DNA of 46,168 nt from an uncultured Muribaculaceae bacterium (GTDB lineage Bacteria; Bacillota_I; Bacilli_A; RF39; UBA660): positions 1 to 46,168 of the forward strand of contig CAYJHI010000001.1 of NCBI GenBank assembly GCA_964370085.1. Reading direction: 5' to 3'. Below are positions 45,169 through 46,168 of the stretch, one piece after another. The position numbers and the translations under genes were made by a program. Below the pieces are notes generated by a model. It searched no databases. It worked only from the letters and a program-made list of their open reading frames with translations, and was not told the origin of the DNA. Each line of letters begins with the position of its first letter. The stretch's first letter is position 1.

Positions 45169-45501
45169 ATGCTTAATCAGGTTGTTTTAGTAGGACGTTT
45201 AGTAAAAGATCCAGAAATTAAAGAGTTTGAAAGTGGTAAGAAAGGTTCTAGTATTAGAATTGCTATTCCTAGAAGTTTTAAAAATATGGAAGGGAAATAT
45301 GATACTGATTTTATTGACTGTGTTTTGTGGGAACAGATAGCGACTAATACAAAAGAATATTGTAAGAAAGGAGATATACTTGGTATTAAAGGAAGATTGC
45401 AATCAAGAGTTATAGAAAAAGATAAAGATAAGAAGTATATAATGGAAGTGATTGTAGAGAAAGTTACTTTTTTATCTAATAAGAAAGAAGTGGAAGAGTA
45501 A
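45169..45501 (+). CDS. ssb: Short single-stranded DNA-binding protein lacking the acidic C-terminal tip (SsbB/phage-like)
   Basis: OB-fold start MLNQVVLVGRLVKDPE, then DFIDCVLW and GRLQSR. 110 aa, ending NKKEVEE with no Gly-rich linker or DDDLPF-type tail. AAAGGAGGG RBS. Confidence 0.85.
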   Translation: MLNQVVLVGRLVKDPEIKEFESGKKGSSIRIAIPRSFKNMEGKYDTDFIDCVLWEQIATNTKEYCKKGDILGIKGRLQSRVIEKDKDKKYIMEVIVEKVTFLSNKKEVEE

Positions 45502-45510
45502 TATTTATTA

Positions 45511-45541
45511 ACTTATGCTCAGGATGAGTATAAGTTTTTTT
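45511..45541 (+). terminator. Rho-independent terminator of ssb
   Basis: ACTTATGCTC-aggat-GAGTATAAGT (one G-U pair) plus a T7 run. Confidence 0.7.
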
Positions 45542-45627
45542 GGAAAAAATTGGTTGTTATATTAATATATAATTATTTAAACTATTGGTTTAATATGTTA
45601 TAATGTAGAAGAAATGGAGATGATTAT

Positions 45628-46116
45628 ATGGAATGTGTTGAAGACATTGCTAAATATATTTTATCTTTAGATACTACTAATGAGGTGTTTTTAAATAATT
45701 TAATTGTATTAAATAATAGAAAATGCTATGAAGGTAATGTTAGGCTGAATAAATATTTGCATATTATGCAAATGACTTATATGGCAATGTATGAAGAAAA
45801 ATTATTTGATGAAGTTATGTATGCTTTTGATAATGGTGTTGTTGTGGAAACTATTATGGACAATTATATGTTATTAAAGCGAACTAAAGATTCTTATGAA
45901 GTAGAGTCTGGTAGTATAAAAGATTTTGTTACTAAATTATATAATGTTTTAGAAAATGCACCTTTGAATGATTTGATAGAAATTTCTCATCAAGACAGTG
46001 AATGGAAAAAGAAACATGGATATTTTAGTAAAGATAAACAAATTATCAATGTAGATAAGCAACTGAATGAATATAAGAATTTGTGTGGAGATTTTATTTA
46101 CTTATTGAACAAATAA
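45628..46116 (+). CDS. Panacea (DUF4065, SocA/GepA-like) domain protein candidate
   Basis: VEDIAKYILS...RLNKYLHIMQMTYMAMYEEKLFDEVMYAFDNGVVVETI parallels the DUF4065 core (..DIANYFI...KLQKLLYFAQG..LAL.G.PLFDE.FEAW.YGPVVP.VY). GGAGATGA RBS. An extended -10 element TGTTATAAT lies about 18 nt upstream of the start. Confidence 0.55.
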   Translation: MECVEDIAKYILSLDTTNEVFLNNLIVLNNRKCYEGNVRLNKYLHIMQMTYMAMYEEKLFDEVMYAFDNGVVVETIMDNYMLLKRTKDSYEVESGSIKDFVTKLYNVLENAPLNDLIEISHQDSEWKKKHGYFSKDKQIINVDKQLNEYKNLCGDFIYLLNK

Positions 46117-46168
46117 TTGAAGTAGCACAGATAGATTCTACTTATGGTAAACCAATATGGAAAGCGTT

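Noticed and set aside
4597-45402. Antisense or alternate-frame ORFs from the track: 4597..4803(-), 6922..7179(-), 8267..8497(+), 11185..11376(+), 12259..12612(+), 13680..13985(+), 15457..15723(-), 16645..16962(-), 17680..18084(-), 18568..18762(+), 21197..21403(+), 22147..22368(-), 25432..25662(-), 29768..30031(+), 30521..30805(+), 38073..38285(+), 38379..38576(+), 38916..39125(-), 39303..39488(-), 42248..42460(+), 42590..42799(+), 45199..45402(-).
   Set aside because: Each lies inside or against a confidently identified gene on the other strand or frame. None has an RBS. All have the low-complexity S/L/I/F-rich composition expected from translating AT-rich coding DNA out of frame.
45541-45627. 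The AT palindrome TATATTAATATA upstream of the Panacea-like gene as an operator.
   Set aside because: A 12-nt A/T-only palindrome is expected by chance at this base composition, and no second copy was seen.
1-46168. CRISPR arrays, tRNA or rRNA genes, IS elements, integrases and an intact prophage.
   Set aside because: I looked through all intergenic regions of about 60 bp or more. There are no regularly spaced direct repeats, no cloverleaf-like or rRNA-like conserved blocks, and no transposase or recombinase ORFs. The only structured RNA recognised is rnpB.
1-46168. An alternative genetic code (TGA=Trp, as in Mollicutes), considered because of the very low GC.
   Set aside because: Trp positions in conserved proteins are encoded by TGG. 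At least nth and the 77-aa membrane ORF end at TGA at the expected protein length.

Overview
The window is very AT-rich (about 27-30% GC by eye, not computed) and comes from a spore-forming Firmicute chromosome. The gene order closely follows Bacillus subtilis blocks: ezrA-nifS-thiI-ssp, ackA/nrnA/engB, spoIVA/der/hbs, cca, dnaD-nth-ponA-recU-gpsB-rnpB, rodZ-pgsA-recA-rny, ftsY-ylxM-ffh and prsA/hit. EzrA, GpsB, RecU and DnaD occur together with SpoIVA, an alpha/beta SASP, SpoVIF-like, CotD-like and YjcZ-like genes at this GC content. My inference is a sporulating Erysipelotrichales-type lineage; no marker gene here proves it. The code is standard (TGG for Trp, TGA used as a stop). I saw no rRNA, tRNA, CRISPR array, integrase or transposase. 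One ncRNA is clear: a type-B RNase P RNA directly after gpsB.

Against this housekeeping backbone, several insertions are the best candidates for something undescribed:
1. A partnerless 661-aa HerA/FtsK-clade ATPase sits between ylxM and ffh inside the SRP operon. A terminator follows it, and a consensus ffh promoter is embedded in that terminator.
2. Two tandem, very acidic paralogous proteins of unknown family form their own promoter-to-terminator unit between RNase Y and RNase J.
3. An ABC-F ATPase is preceded by an 18-codon leader ORF and a perfect intrinsic terminator, which is an antibiotic-type attenuator layout.
4. A small accessory islet lies between ndk and ackA. It holds a Bro-N/DinD-like gene, an LRR fragment, a twice-occurring 15-nt palindrome and a cluster of inverted repeats.
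5. A Panacea (DUF4065)-like protein follows a tail-less short SSB at the right window edge.
6. An orphan prepilin-like gene directly follows ezrA (1-nt gap).
7. Two YjcZ-like micro-ORFs are missing from the ORF track and sit behind a mother-cell-type promoter.

All family calls come from motif recognition by eye. No searches were run. Hand-derived coordinates for small features may be off by 1-2 nt.
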